DNA from: Ranitomeya imitator
Lineage: Eukaryota
Direction: 5' to 3'
Assembly: GCF_032444005.1 (NCBI RefSeq)
Contig: NC_091291.1
Span: forward strand, 101,060,001-101,124,000
DNA length: 64,000 nucleotides
The notes beneath the pieces are model-generated. The model was not told where the DNA came from. It was given only the letters and a program-made list of their open reading frames with translations, and did no database searches. Position numbers and translations under genes: made by a program. Each line of letters begins with the position of its first letter. Within the stretch, counting starts at the first letter, position 1. Positions 38,281-50,809 of the stretch are shown here, piece after piece.

Positions 38281-38463
38281 CTCACTCTGCCTTCACACTT
38301 TATACAATTTCATCAGCACCAACTGTCATCTCCTATCTCAGTAATGTAATAGTCTGTATTAATTGAAGACATTTTACCCATGTATTGAGAATGTTGAGAA
38401 TGAATGATCAGTCCAGGAGGAGAAAGAAGCAGAAATATATGATACAGAGCTGCTTGTATTCAT

Positions 38464-39870
38464 ACTAGATGGTGGCCCGATTCTAACGCATTGGCTATTC
38501 TAGAATATGTATGTAGTTAATTTATGAAGAATAAAGCAATGAATACACGGGATTCGGATGGGCGCGACCAATTAGCGAAGTGTGGTTCAAATCCCTCGCC
38601 AATTCGCGGCCAGACTGCACCTTTTGCTGATTGTTCGCGGCCGGCCAGCTGCGACCAATCAGTGAAGCCAGCGCCAGCTGCAGGTTTTTGAAGGCCCCGG
38701 GCGAAAGAGTCTCACAGCCCAGGTAGCATATAGTATATAGCACAGCCACATAGTATATAGCACAGCTGCGTAGTATATGGCACAGCCACGTAGTATATAG
38801 CACAGCCACCTAGTATATAGCAGCCACATAGTATATAGCACAGCCACGTAGTATATAGCACAGGCACGTAGTATATAGCACAGCTACGTAGTATATAATA
38901 CAGCCACGTAGTATATAGCACAGCCACGTAGTATGTAGCCCAGCAACGTGGTATATAGCACAGGCACGTAGTATATACCACAGCCCACACAGTATTTAAC
39001 ACAGCCACATAGTATATAGCACAGCCACGTATTATATTGCACAGCCACATAATATATAGCACAGGCACGTAGTATATAGCACAGCCACGTGGTATATAGC
39101 ACAGCCACATATTATTTAACACAGCCACGTAGTATATAGCACAGCAGCGTAGTATATTGCAGAGCCACATAGTATATAGCACAGCCCACGTAGTATATAG
39201 CACAGCCCACGTAGTATATAGCACAGCCCACGCAGTATATAACACAGCCCACATAGTATTTAACACAGCCACGTAGTATATAGCACATCCACGTAGTATA
39301 TTGCACAGCCACTTTGTATATAGCACAGCCCACATAGTGTAGAGCACAGCAACGTATATAACACAACCCACGCAGTATATAACACAGCCCACGCAGTATG
39401 TAACACAGCCCACGTAGTATGTAACACAGCCCACGTAGTATATAACAAAGCCCACGTAGTATATAGCAATGTGGGCACCATATCCCTGTTAAAAAAATAA
39501 TTAAAATAAAAAATAGTTATATACTCACCTTCAGGCGGCCCCGAATCCAGCCCAGGCGTTTAGCGATGCTCCGTTCCCAGTAATGCCTTGCGGCAATAAC
39601 CCGTGATGATGTAGCGGTCTAGCGACACTGCCATGTCATCACGGGTCATTGCCGCAATGCATTCTTGGGACTGGAGTGTCACGAGGAGTGGGAAAGGCTG
39701 CCGCTGACGCCGGAAGGTGAGAATATAGGTTTTTTTTTATTATTATTTTTAACATTATATGTTGTTACTACTGATGCTGCATAGGCAGCATCAATAGTAA
39801 AAAGTTGGTCACACTTACAGGGTTCATGGCAGTGTTAACGGACTGCGTTACATCGCGTTATGCCGATATA
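38464..39870. mobile_element. Non-autonomous Helitron/Helentron-like repeat carrying a 20-22-bp minisatellite (38720-39470); right end approximate
   Basis: ACTAG start followed by a short GC hairpin; array of CACAGCCCACGTAGTATATAG. Confidence 0.5.
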
Positions 39871-40044
39871 TAAAAAATTTAACTTTACAGATATTGAGGG
39901 AAATTTATCAAAAGTAGTGTAAAGCAAATAGTGGTGTAGTTGCCAATAACAACCAATCAGATTCTAGCTCTCATTTTCCAGAGGACCTTCTGGAAAATAA
40001 GAGCAGAGACCTGATTAATTGCTAAGGACAATGGCTTCACTTTT

Positions 40045-40240
40045 TTGTTTTTCTGCACAAGTTTTGATAAATGTTTTCCACCAGTTGCATACATAGAAAT
40101 CAAGGGGCACCATAGCAAAAGCCTGAATTGGGCCAACCACCTCTACCCCATTTGTGAGCAGTCTGTATGGTCTAAATGTTCTACCATGACTCAAGACTTG
40201 TCTCCCATCAAGCACATCTGGGACGCCATTGGTTGGTAAT
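40045..40240 (+). mobile_element. Degenerate Tc1 transposase remnant
   Basis: QDLSPIKHIWDAIG resembles the SPDLNPIEHxWD motif. Confidence 0.5.
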
Positions 40241-40586
40241 CACACAGGAGCTGCCAGCAGCGGATCTTGATGCATTGTCCATCCGCATTTAGTACTGCAG
40301 TACATTACAATCATTGACAACCTAATTTATTGCAGTGAGACTGTAAGTATCGGTATTTCTGCAGGTGACGCTCATGCACAATACTGAATAAATCATGAAG
40401 TTTTGAAACTTTTTTCGACATTTTTTCACAATTTTCAATTCATTACTATGTCTATCCGTCCTGCGATTTCCATAATTTCATCGTTCTACCTTCTTAATGT
40501 TGTTACATAGTTACATAGGTTGAAAAAAGACATAGGTCCATCAAGTTCAACCTTTCTCAAGGAGTGCATAAAAACATTATATTTAT

Positions 40587-41890
40587 ACTAGATGCAGGCC
40601 TGATGCTATCGCATCGGGAGGGCGGTAATGTCACGATGGGAGCAGGCTTTGCAGCGTTGAGCATCTCTCCCCCATGTGTTCACCCACCTACTCTCTCTTT
40701 CCCCATGTGCTGACTTCTCGCGTCTGTGCTCTTTTCTTTGACCTGTCTACCCCATGTGCTTTCCCTCTTGTCTGCTGTCTCTCTCCTTCCTGTGCTGTGT
40801 TCTTCCCTCATGTGCTGTCCCGTTTGAGCTGTCTCTCCCCTGTGCTCTCTCTCACCCCTGTGCACTTTCTCTCTCCCCATCTGCTGTCGTCTCCTCTTAT
40901 GTTATCTCTTCTCTGACCTGTATACACTATGTGCCCTCCCCCTTGTGTGCTCTCTTTTTCTCCACCACTGTGCAAGGGGTTTTCCCACAAAAGAAAGTTC
41001 ATTTTAAAAATTGTCTGTGTCTGACCATGTACAGAACATACCACAGCTCCTGGGCAGGGGAGGAAGCAAAAGACAATACTGACATTACAGCAGGGGATCG
41101 CAGAGGATACATTTTGTGAGGTAAAATATTGTTTAAAAACAGTCAGCGAAATATTTTACCCGACAACATGAATCCACTGTGATCTCCTGCTGTAATGTCA
41201 GTATTGTCTGTTGCTTCCTCCCCTGCTCAGGAGATGTGGTATGCGCCGTACACGGTCAGACACAGTCAATTTTTAAAATGAACTTTTATTCGTGGATAAA
41301 CCCCTTTAATGTGACCGGCTTCCTCTGCCTGTAGACATGTCGTGCATCTGCCGCCAGGATCAGATGAATTATTCACTGCACCTGCGCGGAATTTGCGCAG
41401 TAAATCAGATGCCGCCATCTTTGTGCAGACAGATAGAGGCTGTCACATTAAAACTGCGCATGCACTCCTCCTGTACAAAGATGGCGGCAGTCAGTGAATC
41501 ATTCGGCTGATCCCTGCGGTGGCGTGTTCGCGATGGTGTTCCGCTGGTGGTACCACGCAAGAGGCTGCGTACGGCGTATACAGTGTGTGTGTGCATGTGT
41601 GATGCGTACGGCATATACAGTGTGTGTGTGTGTGTGGTGCGTACGGCGTATACAGTGTGTGTGTGTGTGTGGTGCATACGGCATATACTGTACAGTGTGT
41701 GTGTGTGGTGCGTATGGCGTATAGAGTGCGTGTGCGTGTGGTGCGACGGTGTTCCGCTGGTGGTACCGCGCAAGAAGCTGGTACCACCAGCAGTTTCCAT
41801 ATTGAGACACCCATGACTTGGGTGCCCCAATATGGTGGACGGTGAACTTACACCGCTTGCAATTTTGGGATCCGGATACATCTAGACGGA
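40587..41890. mobile_element. Helitron/Helentron-like repeat with CT-rich and TG-rich tracts and a nested T2-type MITE (about 40975-41305); right end approximate
   Basis: ACTAG start with hairpin; MITE ends CCCCT-TTAA. Confidence 0.45.
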
Positions 41891-42795
41891 ACATGATGTG
41901 AAGACATTACAAGGTAAGTATATATTAAGATATATATTATATATTTCCATTATATTCTATACTTCAACCAGTCACTTTTTTTTATATTTCGATAAAAAAA
42001 ATAATTAAAACCTTAGAACCAATATTAAAAATAAAAATCTGAATTTATCATACATTACACTGTATAAAAATAAACTACAGATATATTTTGTAAATATAAT
42101 TTTTCATATTATTATCCTTATTATTATGAACTTTCTTGCTTCAGTGGAAGTATTCATAAAAAAAAATTCCATCCAGAGTTTATATCAGCATTTTCATTCA
42201 ACGCAAATAAACTCGCCTCCCTTTTATTTCTTTATGCAGCTACAATCGGAATGACTTTTACCATTTTTTTATACAGGGGGCTAAAAAATGTGGTAATTTC
42301 CCACCAAAGAAATCTATTGTATCATGAATTTGTAAAGGTAAATTCTGATCTAATTTCCTTGGGAACGATACTCGCTTTAATTCTCCTCCTGTTTGCCATG
42401 ATCTCATCAAAAAATAGATATCAACTTGGTAAAAAAAAAAAGTAAAACAAAAAACAAAGAGGCTTAAAGAATTAGTGAATTTTTCTTGAAGTTGTGGGAG
42501 AGACTGGGCAGTGTCTGAATAGGTTTAGACATCCTGTCTTTTGATCTTTTTGTTTCCCGCCTTGACGTGTGTCCCTATTTATGGTTGTCATTGGAATGTC
42601 TCTGATTCCAAACATTAGGCTGTGTCGGTTTCTCTCTTGGAGCCATTAACACTCTCGCCATTTCTGGCTTATTCAATTGCCCCTCTGTTATTTGGCACGT
42701 ACCCTCCACCTGTTCATCTGTCATTATTCCAAGGTCATTCACAGTCAATTTAGCGCAGCAGTAATTTAAGCTTCTATTGTGGCCACCAGTTAACA

Positions 42796-42870
42796 ATTGG
42801 TAGCCGAGTGTGGGAATGAGCGGAGAGGTTGGGGCTCAGCAACTGTGGCCTTCAAGGACGCCATTATACA
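42796..42870 (+). promoter_or_regulatory. Orphan hes5-type module: ATTGG 42796-42800, N8, TGTGGGAA 42809-42816, TATA-like ATTATACA at 42863
   Basis: Same ATTGG-N8-RBPJ spacing as all four genes; no bHLH exon found downstream. Confidence 0.6.
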
Positions 42871-43302
42871 GCGGAATCCCGCGTAAATTACGTCAGAGGT
42901 GACAGTGAACTCAGCCTCATTCAGAAGTGCGCAGTCCATTGTTGGAGAGATTTGCTGACTTCATTTCTCAGTACTGGGACCTAGAACAAGCACAAGCCTC
43001 GCTGGCGACTGGGTCTTTTGAATACATTGATGGGTGAGGTTTGGGCAAAACAAGGGGGGTTAATTGGTGTTGTCATGGACACACAGGAAGAAATAATGAA
43101 ATTCATTGACAAGGGAGATACTTTTCTTTGCTGTGAGGATAATACCCAATGGCAGCAAAATCTTCAATGGTGAGATATTGATGAATAGCTATGACGACAT
43201 CTTTATGCAGATGTGTGTGAATGCAAATGTAATGTCTATCTAGCTATAAGAAAAGATTTCATTTTTTTAAAATAACACTGCAATATAATACTCATAAATT
43301 TG

Positions 43303-43355
<53 letters not shown>

Positions 43356-43439
43356 TTATTATTATTTATTTATATAGCATCACCATGGTGCTGTACATGA
43401 GAAAGGGGTTACATACAGAGTTATACATATCGTCTACAG

Positions 43440-43601
43440 CAGAGGTCCCCAACTCCAGTCCTCAAGGCCCACCAACAGGTCATGGTTTCAGGATTTCCTT
43501 AGTCTTGCCCAGGTAATAATTGCATCACCTGTGCAATGCAAAGGAAATCCTGAAAACATGACCTGTTGGTGGGCCTTGAGGACTGGAGTTGGGGACCTCT
43601 G
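43440..43601. mobile_element. Palindromic hAT MITE
   Basis: 8-bp TSD GTCTACAG; TIR CAGAGGTCCCCAACTCCAGTCCTCAAGGCCCACC. Confidence 0.9.
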
Positions 43602-43686
43602 GTCTACAGCACACAGACTTACAGGTTTACAGTGACAGACTGGTACAGAGAGGAGAGGACCCTGTCCTTGTGGACTTACATTCTAT

Positions 43687-43724
<38 letters not shown>

Positions 43725-43726
<2 letters not shown>

Positions 43727-46700
43727 TAGCTGAAGAGCCCGGCGTTGCCTGGGCATAGTAAATATCTGTGGTTAGTTATAGCACGTCACTTCTCTTATTT
43801 TCCCATCACGCCTCTCATTTTCCCAATCACATCTTTAATTTTCCCCCTCACATCTCTCATTTTCTCCCTCACACCTCTCATTTTCTCCCTCACTCCTCTC
43901 ATTCCCGCCTAACACTTGTCAGTTCGACCTCACATCTGTCATTTTCCGATCACTACACTATTTTCCCTCACTCCTCTCATTTTGCACTCACACCTTTTCA
44001 TTTTCACCTCACACCTCTCATTTTCAATTCAGTATATACATGTTTGTCATCTCCCTTATATATAGTATACACCTGTATGTCATCTCCTGTATATAGTATA
44101 TACCTGTATGTCATCTCCCCTGTATATAGTATATACCTGCTGTGTGTCATCTCCCCTGTATATAGTATATACCTGTATGTCATCTCCTCCTATATATAGT
44201 ATATACCTGTATGTCATCTCCTCCTATATATAGTATATACCTGTATGTCATCTCCTCCTATATATAGTATATACCTGTATGTCATCTCCTTCTATATATA
44301 GTATATACCTGTATGTCATCTCCTCCTGTATATAGTATATACCTGTGTGTCATCTCCCCTGTATATAGTATATATCTGTCTGCCATCTCCTCTTGTATAT
44401 AGTATATACCTGTATGTCATCTTCTATATATAGCATATACTGTACCTGTATGTCATCTCCTCCTGTATATAGTATATACCTGTAGGTAATCTGCTCCTGT
44501 ATATAGTATATACCTGTGTGTCATCTCCTCCTGTATATAGTATATACCTGTATGTCATCTCCTCCTGTATATAGTATGTACCTGTATGTCATCTCCTCCT
44601 TTATATAGTATATACCTGTGTGTCATCTCTCCTGCATATAGTATATATCTGTGTGTCATCTCCCCTGTATATAGTATATACCTGTGTGATCTCCTGTATT
44701 AGACCTCGTTAACATGTTATTTGCTCAGTATTTTTACCTCAGTATTTGTAAGATAAATTGGCAGCCTGATAAATCCCCAGCCAACAGGAAGCCCTCCCCC
44801 TGGCAGTATATATTAGCTCACACATACACATAATAGACAGGTCATGTGACTGACAGCTGCCGTATTTCCTATATGGTACATTTGTTGCTCTTGTAGTTTG
44901 TCTGCTTATTAATCAGATTTTTATTTTTGAAGGCTAATACCAGACTTGTGTGTGTTTTAGGGCGAGTTTCGTTTGTCAAGTTGTGTGTGTTGAGTTGTGT
45001 GTGGCGACATGCATGTAGCAACTTTTGTGAGATGAGTTTTGTGTGGCAACATGTGTGTAGCAACTTTTTGTGTGTCGAGTTGCATGTGACAGGTTGGTGT
45101 AGCAAGTTGTGTGCAGCAAGTTTTGCGCATGGCGAGTTTTGCGCGTGGTGAGTTTTATGTCTGGTGCCTTTTGAGTATGTGCAAGTTTTGTGTGAGGCAA
45201 CTTTTGCATGTGTTGCAAATTTTGTGCATGTGGCAATTTTTCCGCATGTGCAAGTTTTGCGTGTGGCGAGTTTTCCATGAGGTGAGTTTTGCACTTGTGG
45301 CGAGTTTTGCGTGAGCCTATTTTTTGCATGTGGCGAGTTTTGCGCGTGGTGAGTTTTGAGCGGCGACTTTTGTGTTTCGACTTTTATGTGGCGAGGTTGG
45401 TGTATGTGTGGTGAAATGTGTGCTGAGGGTGGTTTATGTGTTCAAGCACGTGGTAGTGTGTGGCGCATTTTGTGTGTGTGTTCATATCCCCGTGTGTGGT
45501 GAGTATCCCATGTCGGGGTCCCACCTTAGCAACTGTACGGTATATACTCTTTGGCGCCATCGCTCTCACTCTTTAAGTCCCCCTTGTTCACATCTGGCAG
45601 CTGTCAATTTGCCTCCAACACTTTTCCTTTCACTTTTTCCCCATTATGTAGATAGGGGAAAAATAGTTTGGTGAATTAGAAAGCGCGGAGTTAAAATTTC
45701 ACCTCACAACATAGCCTATGATCAGGGCCGGCTCCAGGTTTTTGAGGGCCCCGGGCGAAAGAGTCTCAGTGGGCCCCCCCTTTAACACATGCCCCGATTC
45801 ATGATCGCATATAAACACAGCCATGTAGTATATAACACTGCCCACGTAGTATATAGGAGCCCACGTAGTATATAGCAGCCCACGTAGCATATAGCAGCCC
45901 ATGTAGTATATAGCACAGCCCACGTAGTATATAGCAGCCCACGTAGTATATAGCAGCACAGCCCACGTAGTATATAGCAGCGCCACTCACTCATGCACTG
46001 GTAGGACTAGGAGCTCTTCCTGAATCTGCCTCATAACTTCAGCAGCACGGCAGCCAGCCAGGGGAGGAGAGCAGAGCAGAGAGCAGAGAAAGTGCTCTCT
46101 CCGCCCACAAACAATGTCACACTGGCTGCCTTCTCTTAACCCCTATGTGTGCCTGCCTGGCTGCACTCACTGAGTGATAAGATGCTTGTGTCAGAGCTGG
46201 CACATAGGGGTTAAGAGAACGCAGCCAGCAGTGACTTTGTAGGCAGAGAGAGCATGTTATCTCCTGCTCTGCTCTCCCAGCTGTATCTATGACAGCTTGA
46301 GTGGGCCCCCCTCTCTCCCCAGGGCCCCGGCATTTGCCCGCTGTGCCGGGTGCTGACGCCGGCCCTGCCTATGATGCTCTCAGGGTCCAGACGTGTGACT
46401 GTGCAAAATTTTGTGGCTGTAGCTGCGACGCCTCCAACACTTTTCATTTCACTTTTTCCCCATTATGTAGATAGGGGCAAAATTGTTTGGTGAATTGGAA
46501 AGCGTGGGGTTAAAATTTCACCTCACAACGTAGCCTATGACGCTCTCAGGGTCCAGACGTGTGACTGTGCAAAATTTTATTTCTGTAGCTGCGACGCCTC
46601 CAACACTTTTCCTTTCACTTTTTTCCCCATTATGTAGATAAAGGCAAAATTGTTTGGTGAATTGGAACGCACGGGGTTAAAATTTCGCCTCACAACATAG

Positions 46701-46843
46701 CCTATGATGCTGTCGGGGTCCAGACGTGTGACTGTGCAAAATTTTGTGGCTGTAGCTGCGACGGTGCAGATGCCAATCCCGGACATACACACACACACAC
46801 ATACACACACACACATACACACATTCAGCTTTATATAGTAGAT
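43725..46843. mobile_element. Helentron/HINE-like non-autonomous element with several internal minisatellites (~29-bp TATATAGTATATACCTGTATGTCATCTCC, ~18-bp GCAAGTTTTGCGTGTGGC, ~123-bp tandem unit)
   Basis: Starts ACTAGCTGAAGAGCCCGGCGTTGCCTGGG within (TA)n; ends (CA)n-TTCAGCTTTATATAGTAGAT. Confidence 0.6.
45723..46367. mobile_element. hAT MITE nested in the Helentron-like element
   Basis: 8-bp TSD CCTATGAT; TIR CAGGGCCGGC. Confidence 0.9.
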
Positions 46844-46954
46844 ATATATATATATTAGAAGAAAAAAAAAGGAATAGCACAACTCTAGTACTTATCTTCA
46901 GGTGCAGGGCCTCAGGCAACCAGTCCAGCGATTGCACCAAGTTTACAGTCACTC

Positions 46955-47060
46955 AAAAAAGAGGCAGCACTCCATAGTTTAAGTGAAAAATGTGGAAGGT
47001 TTAATCGACCCACATAGCCGGGCGACGTTTCAGCTCCATCTGAGCCTTTATCAAGCAGTG
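46955..47060 (-). mobile_element. Penelope-like terminal repeat (pLTR) end with hammerhead-like core
   Basis: Minus strand reads TTGATAAAGGCTC...GAGCTGAAACGTC...ATTAAA...GGAGTGCTGCC. Confidence 0.65.
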
Positions 47061-47655
47061 AGTAACCATTCCTAGTGTCTATTTATATGTGTCTCAACTC
47101 ATGTTAAATTAGGTCCAATTATAAATTACATATTATTAGTGTTCATAATAACATATACAATATTCATTATTCATTTATATTTGCATCCAGTGCTCATATA
47201 TAAGGTGCGTTGTGCTTATGTGCATTAAAACCATGCTATCTATACCCCAGCAGATTATCCTGAAGATATTCACAATTACAATAATAGATATATTAATGTT
47301 AATTATGTTTACATTCCTCTGCACTCACCCTTGTCTCTCATGTGGGCTCATGGAGGACGACATGCCTGCAAGTCGGCGTTCTCTGCCGCTCACTGCGCAT
47401 GTCACAAATCCATCATCATGATGAAACGCCATATCAGCCAATGAGGCGCTCTGTGTGGCATTTTACACACGGCGCATGCGCAGTAGCGCCGAAAACCGCC
47501 ATGTTGGTACTGGCTGATCATTCACTCTATTATCTATGTGAACTTATGCATATTAATAGTGCTCGCGCTGCAGCGCTAAGCAGGTACATACCGTAAGGAC
47601 ACTCATATGTCAGCGCCTGCACAGTTGCACATAAAAGGGCCTTGTGTTAATTTAA

Positions 47656-47983
47656 AGGGAACCTGTCACCTGAATTTGGCGGGACTGGTTTTGGGTCATA
47701 TGGGCGGAGTTTTCGGGTGTTTGATTCACCCTTTCCTTACCCGCTGGCTGCATGCTGGCTGCAATATTGGATTGAAGTTCATTCTCTGTCCTCCATAGTA
47801 CACGCCTGCACAAGGCAAGATTGCTTTGTGCAGGTGTGTACTATGGAGGACAGAGAATGAACTTCAATCCAATATTGCAGCCAGCATGCAGCCAGCGGGT
47901 AAGGAAAGGGTGAATCAAACACCCGAAAACTCCGCCCATATGACCCAAAACCAGTCCCGCCAAATTCAGGTGACAGAGTCCCT
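47656..47983. mobile_element. Palindromic T2/Kolobok-type MITE (same family as 53122-55566)
   Basis: TTAA TSD; AGGGA(A/C)(C/T)CTGTCACCTGAATTTGG termini. Confidence 0.9.
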
Positions 47984-48289
47984 TTAAGATCAGCCATTTA
48001 CCATAGAATGCTGTCTGGCTACACATAGCACCCACACCCAAAATAAAGCGGATCTAACACCCAATTGGGAGTATGTATTATTTTATGTTTATTTCAGATC
48101 TATAAGGACCAAATATATTTCTTTATGGACTTAAATGGACTATATAAGATGCATAAACATACCTCGGCACTACGGACGACTGCTTATCAAAGCATATAAT
48201 ATTAAGGTCAGAAATGGCGCACTCTATGATACAAGGAGGTGCTCAGAAGGAATAAATATGAATCAAAAAGGAGAATAACCTTCGGCACT

Positions 48290-50400
48290 CAATAAGGTCC
48301 ACAATAGCTTCAACTCTCAAAGGGTAGATTTATTACAGAACAGCCGATTAATAACAGACATCACAGTTTCCAACGCTTCGGCAACTCATGCCTTTGTCAA
48401 GGAAGTCTGTAGGGAGTAATCACTGCCTTTTGGAAGCCATAAGCAGAATCTGCTATACAGGGGAACGGCAGCATAGGCTGTAACAGCGGTGAGATCGGTG
48501 TGCGTCCGGTAACCAGGGAGGTGGTGGGGCTTGGGCCCGCAGGACCGACAGGTATATATACATTTAGTATTACGTCTATTCCCATATATCTTACAGCGGA
48601 CATTGGCGCGCATGTATTTGTTATTATAGTGCAGCGGAGGACATAAGGCACATAGTTGATTTTTGCCCTTGTTTTTATGCACCTTGCACATATAACTTAT
48701 GGTTACACCTACTTGCACACTTTGCTATTGAGGATACATTTGCACATAAGTTATTTATTATATATATATTTTTTATTTGTGCCCAGCACTTTTTTTGCAC
48801 GTGCAACACTATCTCCTCTGTATGCACATAAAACCTTTTTTTACATGCGCTTATAATTAGATTGTGGGACCGTTTTTAGATATATATTTTTTTATCGTAT
48901 ATTTTACCTGTTCACCTGTGTGTACTTATTCCCCAAGCACATGCACTTTTGTGCTAATGTTGCCATACTATAAATAAAGGCTTTTTATCTGATTTACCCT
49001 TTTGTGGCCTTTTTATATATATAAGTATATTTCTTTGCTTTATGTATATACATATATAGTCTGTTTACCAGTATTGGGAGTCCCTTTTTTTAGTTTTTTT
49101 ATATTTTTATATGGTATTTGCACCATTGTCCTGGTCCACTTATCTCATATACTAAAGACATTCAACACCTCAATTGTTTTTACTGTTTATTTAGATGAGA
49201 AATCCACCCGGGTCATAGGCACTGTAATAGCCAAACAGCAAGAATTACATTTAATATTCGTATATATTTAGTAATAACAAAAAATAAAAAGAAGCAAAAG
49301 TAAATTAATATCTTTGTCCTCCATGATACCACATTCTGTCCAGGTGACTTTTTTCAGGAATAGCATCTGATGGGTAAAAAATAAGATAAAAATTACTGAT
49401 ACGAAGTATCCAACATATCTTAAAATATCCTGGCCCCAATTATACAGGAAGGAAAAAAGGTTAGTACATACCCCCCTATAACACCGCATGAATACTAAAA
49501 TCTACATTTAATCCTTTCGGTTTGAGTGTTTTCAACTCATAGATGCATTTGAGCTCCCTCTTTTTTAGAATCTGTTCCCTATTACCTCCCCTCCTCTGGA
49601 TCGGGACCACATCAATAATCCTACATTTCAGATCTTTTTCTTGATGGTTACAGTCCACAAAATGTTTAGGGACTGGAAGGTCCATTCTTTTCTTTCTGAT
49701 GGTATACCTATGTTGGTTCATCCGCACTTTAAATGCACATATTGTTTCGCCAATATACCAAAGATTACACAGGCAGGTTAAGAGGTATATTACATGGTCT
49801 GTATCACATGTCAGGAACTCTTTTATCTGATAGACTTTACCTGTTTCAGGGTGCTCAAAAGTGGGGCCCTTCAACATATGTGTACAATTCACACAGGACA
49901 AACAAGGATAACAACCCCTTTTCTTCCTGCCCGTTAGTGTCAATTGTTGGTTTCTCATTAAAGGCCCAATGTCTGATTTTATTAAGTAGTCCCCTATATT
50001 TTTGCTTCTTTTATAGGAGTAAAGTGGTGACATTGAAAATTCACTTATTTCTGGGTGGCACCTACCAAGCATACCCCAATGCTTTGAGATAATCTTGCTC
50101 ACCTCCCTGCTTTCTTCCACATATGTACTCACAAACGGAACACGGTTAATTCGTTTTTTATCCTTCGTAGCTTTCATAATTAGTGCCTTTCTATCCTTCT
50201 TTACATTTTCTTTAACCGACCTTAAAAGCTTTCTAGGGTACCCTCTCTCTATAAATTTTCTTACTAATGACTCCAATGCTTCGTCCACATCCTCCTCTTT
50301 TTTGACTATTCGCCGTACCCTCAACAACTGACTCAGCGGTATTGACTCGATCATTTTACGTGGATGTTGGCTGTCGTATACTAATAGATTATTTCGGACA
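48290..50400 (-). mobile_element. 5'-truncated Penelope-like retroelement (RT C-terminus, GIY-YIG endonuclease, 3' terminal repeat)
   Basis: ORF 49476-50354 plus a terminal motif at 48368-48404. Confidence 0.85.
49476..50354 (-). CDS. Penelope ORF fragment: RT thumb/linker, CxxCxxC motif, GIY-YIG endonuclease (292 aa)
   Basis: IPLSQLLRVRRI, FIERGYP, CYPCLSCVNC, VIYLLTCLCNLWYIGET, KRELKCIYELKTLKPKGLN. Confidence 0.9.
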   Translation of the reverse strand: MIESIPLSQLLRVRRIVKKEEDVDEALESLVRKFIERGYPRKLLRSVKENVKKDRKALIMKATKDKKRINRVPFVSTYVEESREVSKIISKHWGMLGRCHPEISEFSMSPLYSYKRSKNIGDYLIKSDIGPLMRNQQLTLTGRKKRGCYPCLSCVNCTHMLKGPTFEHPETGKVYQIKEFLTCDTDHVIYLLTCLCNLWYIGETICAFKVRMNQHRYTIRKKRMDLPVPKHFVDCNHQEKDLKCRIIDVVPIQRRGGNREQILKKRELKCIYELKTLKPKGLNVDFSIHAVL

Positions 50401-50809
50401 GATAGACAGATTATTTTAGACAGATAGAAATAAGTGGTGAGACTAGCGTCCTTGCCAGCCAGTGCACTAGCCAGGGTAAAGTGAGGTGACAGCTAGGCAT
50501 AGGCATGTGATGGCGGCGGGGGAAAGGACCCACATAGGGCATTAGAAGATCTTAGGAATAGGCACAGATTGTAGTTTAAGAGGTGCACCATCCCTTGTTC
50601 CCTATCGTTAGGGTCTTCCTCCCCCTTTTTCTATCCCGCTGTATGTGTGTTGTGCCGTCCGCTGGACCGAACCTTGTTGGGTCGTGACATATATGTATTA
50701 TAATATATCTAGAATATATCCATATTTATACATGTATATATATATACTGTATATTAAAAAATATATATATACGCATATACACTGTATATATCATTTTACT
50801 GTATATATA

